From an uncultured delta proteobacterium (GTDB lineage: Bacteria > Myxococcota_A > Polyangia > Polyangiales > Polyangiaceae): 64,000 bases of DNA. Made by a program: the position numbers and the translations under genes. The number at the start of each line of letters is the position of its first letter. The first letter of the stretch is position 1. The notes under the pieces are model-generated. The model saw only the letters and a list, made by a program, of their open reading frames with translations, searched no databases and was not told the DNA's origin. The stretch spans positions 224,001 through 288,000 of the forward strand of contig CAVOKF010000001.1 in NCBI GenBank assembly GCA_963696385.1. The letters run 5' to 3'. Below are positions 9,633-18,351 of this stretch, in pieces.

Positions 9633-12600
9633 ATGAATGCGAGCGATGTGCAGGAAGGGGCCGCGCGCGGCTCGTTCCCGATCGCGGCGATCGGGGCTTC
9701 GGCGGGCGGGCTTGCGCCGACCGTCGAGGTAATCCGCGAGCTCGGCCGGCAGCCGGGCCTCGCGATCGTGGTCATTCACCATCTCGACCCGACGCACGAG
9801 AGCGGCTTGGTCGAAATCCTGTCCCGGGCGACTGCCATGCCGGTTGCGGCCGCGACGGACGGCGTCCGCGTCGAGGCGAACCGTGTCTACGTCGTTCCGC
9901 CCAACGCCGGATTGCTCGTGAGCCAGGGCGTCTTGAAGGTCGTCCCTCGCCTGCAGGAGGGCGCCCAACACCTGCCCATCAATCGGTTCTTCGAGTCTCT
10001 TGCGCTGGACCGAGAGGGCTTGGCCGTCGGAGTCGTGCTGAGCGGCAGCGGCTCCGACGGAAGCGAAGGGATCGAGGCCATCAAGAAAGAGGGCGGGATC
10101 ACGTTGGCGCAAGACGCGACCGCCCCTTTCGAGAGCATGCCCCAGAGCGCGATCGCCACCGGGTGCGTCGACTTCGTCTTGGCGCCGGCGGCGATTGGTC
10201 GAGAGCTCGTGCGGATCGGATCGCACGCACCGTCGCTCGGCGCGGTAGCGCCGCAGGGGTTCGAGGAGCGCGATTACCTTGCGATCGTGGCGGCCATGCG
10301 CAAGTCGAGCGGCGTCGACTTCGCGAGCTACAAGCACTCGACCCTGCGGCGTCGCATCCAGCGGCGCCTCTTGCTCCGCGGGTTGACCGACCTCGGGGCT
10401 TATCTCGATCTCTTGAAGCGCGAACCATCCGAGATCAGCACGCTCTGCGAGGAGGTTCTGATCCATGTGACCGGCTTTTTTCGCGAGCCCGAGGTCTTCG
10501 AGGTGTTGCGCACGCGAATTTTTCCGAAGCTGTGCGACACCAAACGGCCCGACGATGGCATTCGGGTCTGGGTCCCCGGCTGCGCCACAGGCGAGGAGGT
10601 CTACTCGATGGCCATCTGCCTGCTCGAATTTCTGGAAGGGGCGCACAAGGACCTGCCCATCAAGATCTTCGGCACCGACCTGAGCCTGGTCAGCATCGAG
10701 AAGGCGCGTGCCGGGACGTACCCTCAGAGCATCGAGCGAGACGTCTCGCCGGAGCGACTTCAACGCTTCTTCGCGAAGGACGATCACGGGTGGCGAATTC
10801 GACGAGATTTGCGAGACATGTGCGTTTTCGCCAAGCACGATCTCACGAACGATCCCCCCTTTTCGTCGATGGACGTCGTGAGTTGCCGTAACCTGATGAT
10901 CTATCTCGGACCGGAGCTCCAGGACCGGGTCATCGCGCTGCTCCACTACGCCCTGAAGGACCCGGGGTTCCTGGTGCTCGGGAACTCGGAAACCGTCCGC
11001 ACCTTCACGGGATTTGCCGCCATGGATGGCAAGAGCCGAATTTACGCGCGAACCCCGGTGGCAAAACGGCTCACCTTCGACTTCGCGACGCCGACCTTCC
11101 TGGGCGAGTCCGCGCGGCCCCCTCCCTCGCCGGCGAGGGCTCCGGACCGCCCCGCCGGGAAACGGCCGAGCTTGTCGGACCTCGATGCCGAAGCCGATCG
11201 CCTCGTCCTTGCCGAATTCGCCCCGCCGGGAGTCATCGTCACGAGCGACCTGGCCATCGTCCAGTGCCGAGGTCAGACCGGCCCTTTCCTGGAGCTTGCG
11301 CCGGGCGCCGCGAGCCTCGATTTGCTTCGCATGGCACGCGAAGAGCTGAGACTGCCACTCCGCCGCTTGATCGACCAAGCCCGGACCGCGCATAGCCCCG
11401 CGAGGGAGACTGGCTTTACCGTCGTCGGGGGCGACCGGCGTCGCACCGTTACGCTGGAGGTCATCCCGTTTACCGTTCATTCGGCCGATCAGCGCTTTTT
11501 CCTCGTGCTCTTTCAGGACGTCACGCAGAAAGAATCGGCGGATGTCATTCGCGGCGGGGCAGAGGGTCAAGAGACCGATCCCGTCCCCGAAGGCGCGCTC
11601 GCGAACGAGCTCGCGTCGACGCGTCGATACCTCGAGTCGGTCATCGAACAATCCGATGCGACCCACGAGGAACTCAAAGCGGCCAACGAGGAGATTGTCT
11701 CGAGCAACGAGGAGCTCCGCAGCACGAACGAGGAGCTTCAGAGTGCGAAAGAGGAGCTTCAGGCGACCAACGACGAGTTGCGTACGATCAACGACGAGCT
11801 CGGCCAAAGGAACGTCGAGGCGACCCGCCTGAGCGACGATCTGACGAACGTGCTCAGCAGCGCCGAGATCCCGATCCTCATCGTGGGACGGGACTCGCGC
11901 TTGCGAAGGTTTACGCCGGCCGCGGGCAAGGTGTTCGACCTTCTGGCCAGCGACGTCGATCGTCCCCTGAGCGAGGCGCGACGACTCGGTGCGGTCGCGC
12001 CGGGGCTCATGGGGCTCATCGCCGAGGTCCTCGAACACCTGCGTCCAGCGGAGTGCACCCTCCAAGACGCCGCCGGTCGCTGGGTTCAGCTTGCGGTTCG
12101 TCCGTACGTCACGATCGACGGTCGGATCGACGGAACGGTCGTCGCGGCGCGCGACATCGATGCCGAGACGAAAGCCACGGAAGGTCTCGTGGCCGCCCGC
12201 AAGTATGCGGAGAACATCGTCGAGACCGTCCGCGAGGGCCTGGTCGTGCTCGATCGCGACTTGCGGGTGCGATCGGCGAACCCCGCCTTCCAGCGGGCGG
12301 TGGCCCGACCGCTGAAGGACATCGAGGGCCGGCGTCTCGACGAGCTCGAACGTCCCGAGCTGGCGACTCCGGCCCTTCGAAAGGTCCTCGCGGATCTCGG
12401 GGACGGCGCAACCATCGAAGGGTTCCGCATGGAGCACGCCGATGGACCGGCCGGCCTGCGCGTGTTTCTGCTCAACGCTCACCATATCGAGGGCACCGAG
12501 CTCTTCCTGGTTGCGATCGAGGATGTCACGGAAGCCGAACGCGCAAGGAGCCAGCGCGCCGAAATCGGCTTTCGCGATGCTCTAACCGGGGCGTCCGAGG

Positions 12601-13676
12601 GCATCCTGATGGTTGACCCCGCCGGGCGGATCGTTTTTGCGAATCTCGCGGCGGCCGGACTTTTTGGCTACGATTGCGAGGAGCTCACGAACCTTTCGGT
12701 CGACGGGCTGGTACCCGACCGCCTTCGGGAGATTCACTCAAGGCACCGCGTGGACTATCTGGCGGCTCCTTTGCCGCGTCCCATGGGACCGGACCAAGAG
12801 CCCGTCGGTCGGCGCAAGGACGGAACCCAATTCCCGATCGAAGTTTCGCTCAGTAGGATGCCCCGAGAGGGTGGCTCGGTGGTCTTGGCCTTCGTCACGG
12901 ACATCACGAAGCGGCGGGAGGCGGAGAAAAAGATTCAAGCCTACCAGGAACGGCTCCAGAACATGGCCTTCGACGCGGCGGTGACCGAGGAGCGGGAGCG
13001 ACGGCGCCTCGCCATCGAGTTGCACGATGGGATCGGGCAGGACCTTGCGCTCGCCAAGATCAAACTGACCCCATTTCGCAACGAACTCGGGGGCGACTCT
13101 CGCCCGGCCATCAACGGGGCGATCGATCTCCTCGACAAGGCGATCAACGACAGCCGCACGCTGGTCTTCGAGCTCAGCCCGCCCGTCCTCTACGACATCG
13201 GGCTCAAGGCGGCGCTCGCATGGCTGGCGGAGGACGTCGAGAAGCGCCACGGGGTCCATGTCGAGGTCACCGACGATGGGCTGGACAAGCCGCTCGACGA
13301 CGCCGCCAAAGCCATCCTCTTTCGCGCGGTGCGCGAGCTCGTCCTGAATGTGCTCAAGCACGCCCGGGCACCGCAAGCAAAGGTGTCTCTCCGGCGGCGA
13401 GACGATCATTTCCAGATCGATGTCGAGGATGGGGGTGTCGGCTTCGATCCCGACGCGCCGAGAGATCGTCCGAGCCCCGGCGGTTTCGGCCTCCTCAGCG
13501 TCCGCGAGCAGATCACTCGCCTCGGTGGCACTCTGAAGGTCGAGTCCGCGCCGCAGGCGGGTACGCGGGTAAGCGTCGCGGTCCCGCTGCAGGCGAGCGC
13601 GGCCCCCCTGCAGGCCAGCGAGGCCCCGCGCCCATTGGGGGATGACGTCGCCCGCGACGAGGAGGGAACCCTGTGA
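9633..13676 (+). CDS. CheB-CheR fusion with coiled coil, PAS domains and a HisKA_3-type kinase
   Basis: CheB GASAGG/HHLDP/GSDG; CheR WVPGCATGEEVYS and SCRNLMIY; NEEL coiled coil; PAS; ELHDGIGQ; DGGVGFD; GFGLLSVRE. Confidence 0.95.
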   Translation: MNASDVQEGAARGSFPIAAIGASAGGLAPTVEVIRELGRQPGLAIVVIHHLDPTHESGLVEILSRATAMPVAAATDGVRVEANRVYVVPPNAGLLVSQGVLKVVPRLQEGAQHLPINRFFESLALDREGLAVGVVLSGSGSDGSEGIEAIKKEGGITLAQDATAPFESMPQSAIATGCVDFVLAPAAIGRELVRIGSHAPSLGAVAPQGFEERDYLAIVAAMRKSSGVDFASYKHSTLRRRIQRRLLLRGLTDLGAYLDLLKREPSEISTLCEEVLIHVTGFFREPEVFEVLRTRIFPKLCDTKRPDDGIRVWVPGCATGEEVYSMAICLLEFLEGAHKDLPIKIFGTDLSLVSIEKARAGTYPQSIERDVSPERLQRFFAKDDHGWRIRRDLRDMCVFAKHDLTNDPPFSSMDVVSCRNLMIYLGPELQDRVIALLHYALKDPGFLVLGNSETVRTFTGFAAMDGKSRIYARTPVAKRLTFDFATPTFLGESARPPPSPARAPDRPAGKRPSLSDLDAEADRLVLAEFAPPGVIVTSDLAIVQCRGQTGPFLELAPGAASLDLLRMAREELRLPLRRLIDQARTAHSPARETGFTVVGGDRRRTVTLEVIPFTVHSADQRFFLVLFQDVTQKESADVIRGGAEGQETDPVPEGALANELASTRRYLESVIEQSDATHEELKAANEEIVSSNEELRSTNEELQSAKEELQATNDELRTINDELGQRNVEATRLSDDLTNVLSSAEIPILIVGRDSRLRRFTPAAGKVFDLLASDVDRPLSEARRLGAVAPGLMGLIAEVLEHLRPAECTLQDAAGRWVQLAVRPYVTIDGRIDGTVVAARDIDAETKATEGLVAARKYAENIVETVREGLVVLDRDLRVRSANPAFQRAVARPLKDIEGRRLDELERPELATPALRKVLADLGDGATIEGFRMEHADGPAGLRVFLLNAHHIEGTELFLVAIEDVTEAERARSQRAEIGFRDALTGASEGILMVDPAGRIVFANLAAAGLFGYDCEELTNLSVDGLVPDRLREIHSRHRVDYLAAPLPRPMGPDQEPVGRRKDGTQFPIEVSLSRMPREGGSVVLAFVTDITKRREAEKKIQAYQERLQNMAFDAAVTEERERRRLAIELHDGIGQDLALAKIKLTPFRNELGGDSRPAINGAIDLLDKAINDSRTLVFELSPPVLYDIGLKAALAWLAEDVEKRHGVHVEVTDDGLDKPLDDAAKAILFRAVRELVLNVLKHARAPQAKVSLRRRDDHFQIDVEDGGVGFDPDAPRDRPSPGGFGLLSVREQITRLGGTLKVESAPQAGTRVSVAVPLQASAAPLQASEAPRPLGDDVARDEEGTL

Positions 13677-14317
13677 AGGTCGTACTGGCGGACGACCACA
13701 GGATTATGCGCGACGGCCTTCGTGCCGTGCTCACTGCAGCCGGGGTGCAGGTGGTCGGCGAGGCGGGGGACGGCGAGGCGGCCATCGCGGAGGCGGCTCG
13801 CTCGCACCCGGACGTCGTGGTCATCGACATTGCGATGCCCAAGCTCAGCGGTATCGAGGCCACGCGCCAGCTCAGAGCCAAGATGCCCGGCACCAAGGTC
13901 ATCGCGCTCAGCATGAACTCGGATCGGCGCTACGTGATGGCCATGTTGGAAGCGGGGGCCGCGGGCTATCTGCTCAAGGATGCGGCCGCGGACGAGCTCC
14001 TCATGGCCTTGGACGCCGTGGGTCGCGGTGAGACGTACCTGAGCCCAGCGATCGCAGCCAGTGTGGTCGACCACGCGCTCCGCGCCCGTCCGTCGCCTTC
14101 ATCCGGGCCGGAGAAGCCGCTGAGCGCTCGAGAGCGCGAAGTCGTGCAACTGGTCGCCGAAGGCAAGTCCTCCAAGGAAATCGCCATGATCCTGCACATT
14201 GCCGTCCCGACCGTCGACACCCACCGACGTCAAATCATGGATAAGTTGCAACTGCGGACCATCGCAGAACTGACCAAGTACGCGATTCGCGAGGGCCTGA
14301 CCTCGGCGGAGCGGTGA
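13673..14317 (+). CDS. NarL/LuxR-family response regulator
   Basis: LADDH, IDIAMP, LSAREREV HTH. GTGA overlap with the kinase. Confidence 0.95.
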   Translation: MKVVLADDHRIMRDGLRAVLTAAGVQVVGEAGDGEAAIAEAARSHPDVVVIDIAMPKLSGIEATRQLRAKMPGTKVIALSMNSDRRYVMAMLEAGAAGYLLKDAAADELLMALDAVGRGETYLSPAIAASVVDHALRARPSPSSGPEKPLSAREREVVQLVAEGKSSKEIAMILHIAVPTVDTHRRQIMDKLQLRTIAELTKYAIREGLTSAER

Positions 14318-14340
14318 CCTCGCGGGCAACAACCGCCGGC

Positions 14341-15099
14341 CTACGCGGCCCAGTACGCCGGGCGCCCGTAATAGTCATGCATGCGGGCTTCGTACTCACG
14401 AGTGATGACTGCGCTCGCGTCCCACTCGGGGCTATTGCGGATCGCCTGTCGAGACATGTCGACGTGGACTTTCCTTTCCGCCCAGCTGATTCCGCTGGCC
14501 CAGTGGGGCCCCACGAGCACCTTCTTGCCGAACCCCCACAGGCTCGTATCGATGACCAGATAGCGCACTTCCCAGGTCTCATCGTCGACGACGAAGTCTG
14601 CGACCTTACCGATCGCGTCGTCACTTCCCTGCACGTGGTAGCCACGGACCTCGTTGACGCTCCGCAGGTGGACGTCGCCCGAAATTTCGTCCGAGTTCTT
14701 GGCCTCGGGGACGTTGTCCCACCCGCCGTGCGCGAGCCAGCCGGGATAAGCGCCCATCGCCCAGGCGCCCGAGTATCCCCAATAATACGGATAGCCGTAG
14801 TAGCGGTAGTAGTCGCGCTCGTGCTGGCGAGACACGGGCATGTCCGTGTCGACCGGGGGGCTCTTCTTGATCTTGTCCATCGTCAGCGCCAGGTGAAAGA
14901 GGTCCGTCGACCAGTCCACCCCGCTGAAGAAGATGGGCGAGATGAGCGCCTTGCGCTGATCGAAGAAGCTGCCCGTCTTGACGACGAGATACCGGACGGC
15001 CCATCGTTCGTCGTCAAATAGGAAATTGACGACGCTTCCGATTTCGCCGTCGGTCGCGGCCACCCTGTATCCCTCGAGATCTTTGAGGCTTCGCAGCAT
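14341..15099 (-). CDS. Tandem PRC-barrel protein
   Basis: Two copies of GY.V...DG.IG.V..F..DDE.W.VRYLV. Confidence 0.9.
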   Translation of the reverse strand: MLRSLKDLEGYRVAATDGEIGSVVNFLFDDERWAVRYLVVKTGSFFDQRKALISPIFFSGVDWSTDLFHLALTMDKIKKSPPVDTDMPVSRQHERDYYRYYGYPYYWGYSGAWAMGAYPGWLAHGGWDNVPEAKNSDEISGDVHLRSVNEVRGYHVQGSDDAIGKVADFVVDDETWEVRYLVIDTSLWGFGKKVLVGPHWASGISWAERKVHVDMSRQAIRNSPEWDASAVITREYEARMHDYYGRPAYWAA

Positions 15100-15133
15100 G
15101 GGATCACCTCGTTAGACGACGAGCGAGTCTCGG

Positions 15134-15149
15134 AGCAAGTCTCGAGCCA
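15134..15149 (-). promoter_or_regulatory. Putative sigma-54 promoter of the PRC-barrel gene
   Basis: Minus strand TGGCTCG-AGAC-TTGCT. Confidence 0.65.
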
Positions 15150-15368
15150 CGAGCGAGCCCCGAGCGTGCCACGAGCGCGCCCCGAGCGCGCCCCGAGACG
15201 GTGGGGTGGCCCGACCCTGCCGGGTCGCCTCATGCACGAGGGCGCCGAGCTGGCGCTGCAGGCCCGTCCGGAGCCTAGGGACGGACCTGGCCGCGTGCCC
15301 TGCGTCGTGAGCCCCGTCGGATCTCGCGGTCAGCCCTTCGCGCGACTGGCTTGGGTTTGCGCGACGGG

Positions 15369-15384
15369 CGGCATGAGTATTGCG
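15369..15384 (+). promoter_or_regulatory. Putative sigma-54 promoter
   Basis: CGGCATG-AGTA-TTGCG, just upstream of ATG 15398. Confidence 0.6.
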
Positions 15385-15397
15385 TTCGACTGCGCTC

Positions 15398-15763
15398 ATG
15401 GATGCCGAAGCCCAAAAATGTGATCCCGGAACCTCAGTGCACGGTCCGACGAGCCGGTCCAACGGGAACGCTCGCATCGGCGGTCTCGACTTTGCGCGCC
15501 GCGCGAAAGCCGCCGTGACCCAACTGCCGATGAACCTCAATGAGAACATCCAGCGGAACCCGTACGCGACGCTCGGCGTCGCGGTCGCTCTCGGGGCGGG
15601 AGCGGGCCTGCTTCTCGGGCATCGCATTCTGCGAACGGTGCTGACGAGTGTCGCGTCGTACGCCGCCATCGAGATCGGGCGCGAGCTCGGCCGCGCGTAC
15701 CTGCGCGAGCGGGCCAGCAGCATTGCGGACGGGGGGCGACACGTCTCGGCGCCTGCGGCCTAG
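15398..15763 (+). CDS. Small membrane protein, ElaB/YqjD (DUF883)-like
   Basis: ENIQRNPYATLGVAVALGAGAGLLLG motif. Confidence 0.6.
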   Translation: MDAEAQKCDPGTSVHGPTSRSNGNARIGGLDFARRAKAAVTQLPMNLNENIQRNPYATLGVAVALGAGAGLLLGHRILRTVLTSVASYAAIEIGRELGRAYLRERASSIADGGRHVSAPAA

Positions 15764-15852
15764 CGTCTTCCCGATCCCCATCGAGTTGATCCGGCCGCTC
15801 TTGGCGGCGCCGGTACGCATGAAAGCCGTGGAACCGGCGCGGGTCTCGGCCA

Positions 15853-15975
15853 ATGGCGGCGAGTCGTCGACCAAACCCCTATCTCGTGAACCGCCACCTT
15901 CATCACCCTTGCGCAAAGCACTGCGACGACCACGGCGCGGTGCAGTTCCGGCCCGCATCGCAGACTCACTCGTGA
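15853..15975 (+). pseudogene. Remnant of a His/Cys-rich metal-binding peptide
   Basis: Translates as ..YLVNRHLHHPCAKHCDDHGAVQ..; below the ORF-track length cut-off. Confidence 0.45.
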
Positions 15976-16104
15976 GGGGCGCGAATTCGATCCGGATCGA
16001 CGCGGCGGGCGGCAGGGGCGCGTTCGCGGCAAACTCGCCGTTTTTGCCATCTCTCGAGACCGACCGTGCCGCGAACGCCGCGGCCCACCAGAAAGCGGAG
16101 TGAC

Positions 16105-16290
16105 ATGCCGATGTGGGGCTCATGGTGGGTGCTTTGGAGTGTGTTCATCCTCGTGTTCATGGGGACGACGCCGTTCGGTTATCGCTGGGCCCGCGGATGG
16201 GGCGCGTCGCACGCGAGCTCTATCGTTCGGCGGCGAGGACAGCCAAGCAGGCGCCGCAGGCCGTTCTAGCTTCGGGCACGTCCATCCTCT
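16105..16290 (+). pseudogene. Small Trp-rich membrane protein, probably frameshifted near 16243
   Basis: GCGGAG RBS. MPMWGSWWVLWSVFILVF..PFGYRW.RGWG..RRRGQ, with a plausible continuation QAGAAGRSSFGH in the next frame. Confidence 0.35.
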
Positions 16291-16411
16291 CGCGCGGCTG
16301 CTGGCCGCGCGTCCCTCCAACGGGGCCGGCAAGGCCACAGGGGCTGGTGGTCCGTCTCAGTCTCGTAGGTCCCCGGCGGCCACGCCACCCCCCTAGGGGG
16401 CAACAACCCCC

Positions 16412-16894
16412 TCACGCGGCAACGAAGAGGGCGCGTTGGTCGGGTCGGTTCGCGACGTAGGCCGCCGGCAACGGCGGCATCAAGGGTCGCAGTTGGCGCA
16501 TCGGTGGCGCGCTCGAGCGCCTCGCGTTGAGCAGAAATTCGACGCAATCTGCGAACTGCCGCATCGTGAATGGTTTGCGCAAAAACGCATTGCCGCCGAC
16601 GTCCTCCGCATACGCCATGTCCCCGGGGCTCGCGTGTTGGCACATGATGAGGATGGGCAGATCCATGAGCCCCAGCGGACCCCGTATGTGCTCGCAGAGC
16701 TCATAGCCGGACCGGCTCGGAAGGTGCGCGTGGATGCATGCGATGTGAAGCGCACGGGCTGTCAGGTGGCTATCCGCGGCCTCGAAGTGGCTCGCCGAGG
16801 CGACCTCGAAGCCCATCCGTGCGAGTCGTTTGACCATCGCCATCTGAAGCGTGGGGTCGTCTTCGACGATGAGTGCGGTCCGTCGGTCCATCAT
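16412..16894 (-). CDS. Single-domain receiver protein (atypical)
   Basis: ALIVEDD, LPSRSGYELC, PILIM, FLRKPF. The phosphoacceptor position reads His. Confidence 0.8.
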   Translation of the reverse strand: MMDRRTALIVEDDPTLQMAMVKRLARMGFEVASASHFEAADSHLTARALHIACIHAHLPSRSGYELCEHIRGPLGLMDLPILIMCQHASPGDMAYAEDVGGNAFLRKPFTMRQFADCVEFLLNARRSSAPPMRQLRPLMPPLPAAYVANRPDQRALFVAA

Positions 16895-16916
16895 GAGTGC
16901 ACGCTCGCGATTCAGT

Positions 16917-16932
16917 TGCAAGCGTGAGGCCG
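16917..16932 (-). promoter_or_regulatory. Putative sigma-54 promoter of the receiver gene
   Basis: Minus strand CGGCCTC-ACGC-TTGCA. Confidence 0.55.
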
Positions 16933-16996
16933 AGTCACCTTCGATGCCTTTCGCACTGCGTACGGACAGCGACGTCCCCCGATTGCCCGGGCCGGG

Positions 16997-17461
16997 TCAG
17001 CGCGAGTCGTTCGGCAGCGTGCGCTCGAGTTGCGCCACTTTCTCCAGACGCCGACAATGGCGCTCCGCGCCGCTGAAGCGCGCCGTGAGGAAGGTTTGGA
17101 CGATCTCCAACGCAATCGCGTGGCCGACGACGAGGCCGCCGAGGCAGATCACGTTCAGGTCGTCGTCCTCGACGCCTTGGCGCGCGGAGAACGTTTCATG
17201 AATGAGGCAGGCGCGAACGCCCGCCACCTTATTTGCGGCAATGCAAGCTCCCACTCCGCTGCCGCAAATGGCCACACCCCGATTCACTTCGCCACGCGCC
17301 ACGGCACGCGCCAGACGCACGACAAAATCGGGATAGTCATCGTCGGGCTGCAGCCGGTGGTCTCCGAAGTCGATCACCGGACGGCCCGCGTCACGCAGCC
17401 TTGCGGCGAGATGGTGCTTCAGGTCAAAGCCGCCGTGGTCCGCGGCGAGTCCGATCCGCAT
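16997..17461 (-). CDS. rpiB: Ribose-5-phosphate isomerase B (RpiB/LacA/LacB family)
   Basis: IGLAADHGG, DDDYPD, ICGSGVG..IAANKVAGVRA, NVICLG, F.GAERH.RRL. Alternative start at 17476. Confidence 0.92.
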   Translation of the reverse strand: MRIGLAADHGGFDLKHHLAARLRDAGRPVIDFGDHRLQPDDDYPDFVVRLARAVARGEVNRGVAICGSGVGACIAANKVAGVRACLIHETFSARQGVEDDDLNVICLGGLVVGHAIALEIVQTFLTARFSGAERHCRRLEKVAQLERTLPNDSR

Positions 17462-17494
17462 CGCTGTCGCGTCCATGAGTCCGTCCAGTGCCTG

Positions 17495-17510
17495 AGCATG
17501 AAGCGTGCCG
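17495..17510 (-). promoter_or_regulatory. Putative sigma-54 promoter of rpiB
   Basis: Minus strand CGGCACG-CTTC-ATGCT. Confidence 0.6.
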
Positions 17511-17602
17511 CCCGTTTGCGGCACGCTCGGAGTCGACAGGCTGGGACCTTCGCGCAAGGAGTGCGCGTCGCGCAAGAGTTTGCCGTCCGAGGGACTCGGT
17601 TG

Positions 17603-17618
17603 TGGATCGATCGATGCA
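17603..17618 (+). promoter_or_regulatory. Putative sigma-54 promoter
   Basis: TGGATCG-ATCG-ATGCA, 13 nt before ATG 17632. Confidence 0.5.
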
Positions 17619-17631
17619 ATGCGATAGGGCC

Positions 17632-18045
17632 ATGAAGACTTCTCCCCTTCTACGGAAGCTGATCCGTGCCTGCGTGGACGACGAACGAACGCTCCGTCAT
17701 GAGTCCCAATTCGTGGATGCGAGCATTGCCGTGGCGCTTCGGCGATTGGCGCGTGAGCGCGAGCACTTCGTGGCGGACCTGGAGCGCGTCGGCGAATGCC
17801 AGGTCCCCGGTGACGGCTCGTGGGGCGAGCTTTCGCGGGAAGCGGCACGCGCTCTCTGGGTGGCCGCAGCCGGTCCCAACAAGGGCGATGCCCTCGCGAC
17901 CTGCCGCCATTCGCGAGCCCGCACCGAAGCTCTCTACGACAAGGCCCTGCAAGCGTCTTGGCCGGACGGGATTCGGTTCGTCCTCGCGTCGCAGCAGCGT
18001 TGCCTTCACGACGAAGCCGCCGATCTCTATCAGCTTCAGTTCTAA
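17632..18045 (+). CDS. DUF2383/PA2169-like four-helix-bundle protein
   Basis: LRKLIRACVDDE..LAREREHFVADL..YDKAL..LASQQ pattern of the ferritin-like PA2169 family. Confidence 0.6.
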   Translation: MKTSPLLRKLIRACVDDERTLRHESQFVDASIAVALRRLAREREHFVADLERVGECQVPGDGSWGELSREAARALWVAAAGPNKGDALATCRHSRARTEALYDKALQASWPDGIRFVLASQQRCLHDEAADLYQLQF

Positions 18046-18351
18046 CCGCGGCAACGGGCGATGCCGGGGGGCCGTCCGCATTCTGCGACATGGGGCCTTC
18101 GGGGGAGCATTCTGCGAGATAGAGATTTGCGGGAGCGAGATGGCCAGACCAGCGGGAGGGTGAAAAGGCAAAAAACGCCCGACGCCGGCCGCCCGATTGG
18201 CGTAATAATGGCTTTGCCGGTAGGATCGCGCTGACCGGGATCGAGCCACCTGGCGAGGGAGCTCGCCGACTCTTCTCTCGATCGGAGCCATCGTCCAGCG
18301 GGTGCGCGGCAGATCCAAGGGCGCCGGGAGGCGCGAGAGGGGGAAACGCTC

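Noticed and set aside
9540..12485. 981-aa minus-strand ORF (and similar ones at 2339-3820, 50747-52366 and 59831-61381)
   Set aside because: Antisense shadows of well-supported genes, typical of high-GC DNA; no motifs.
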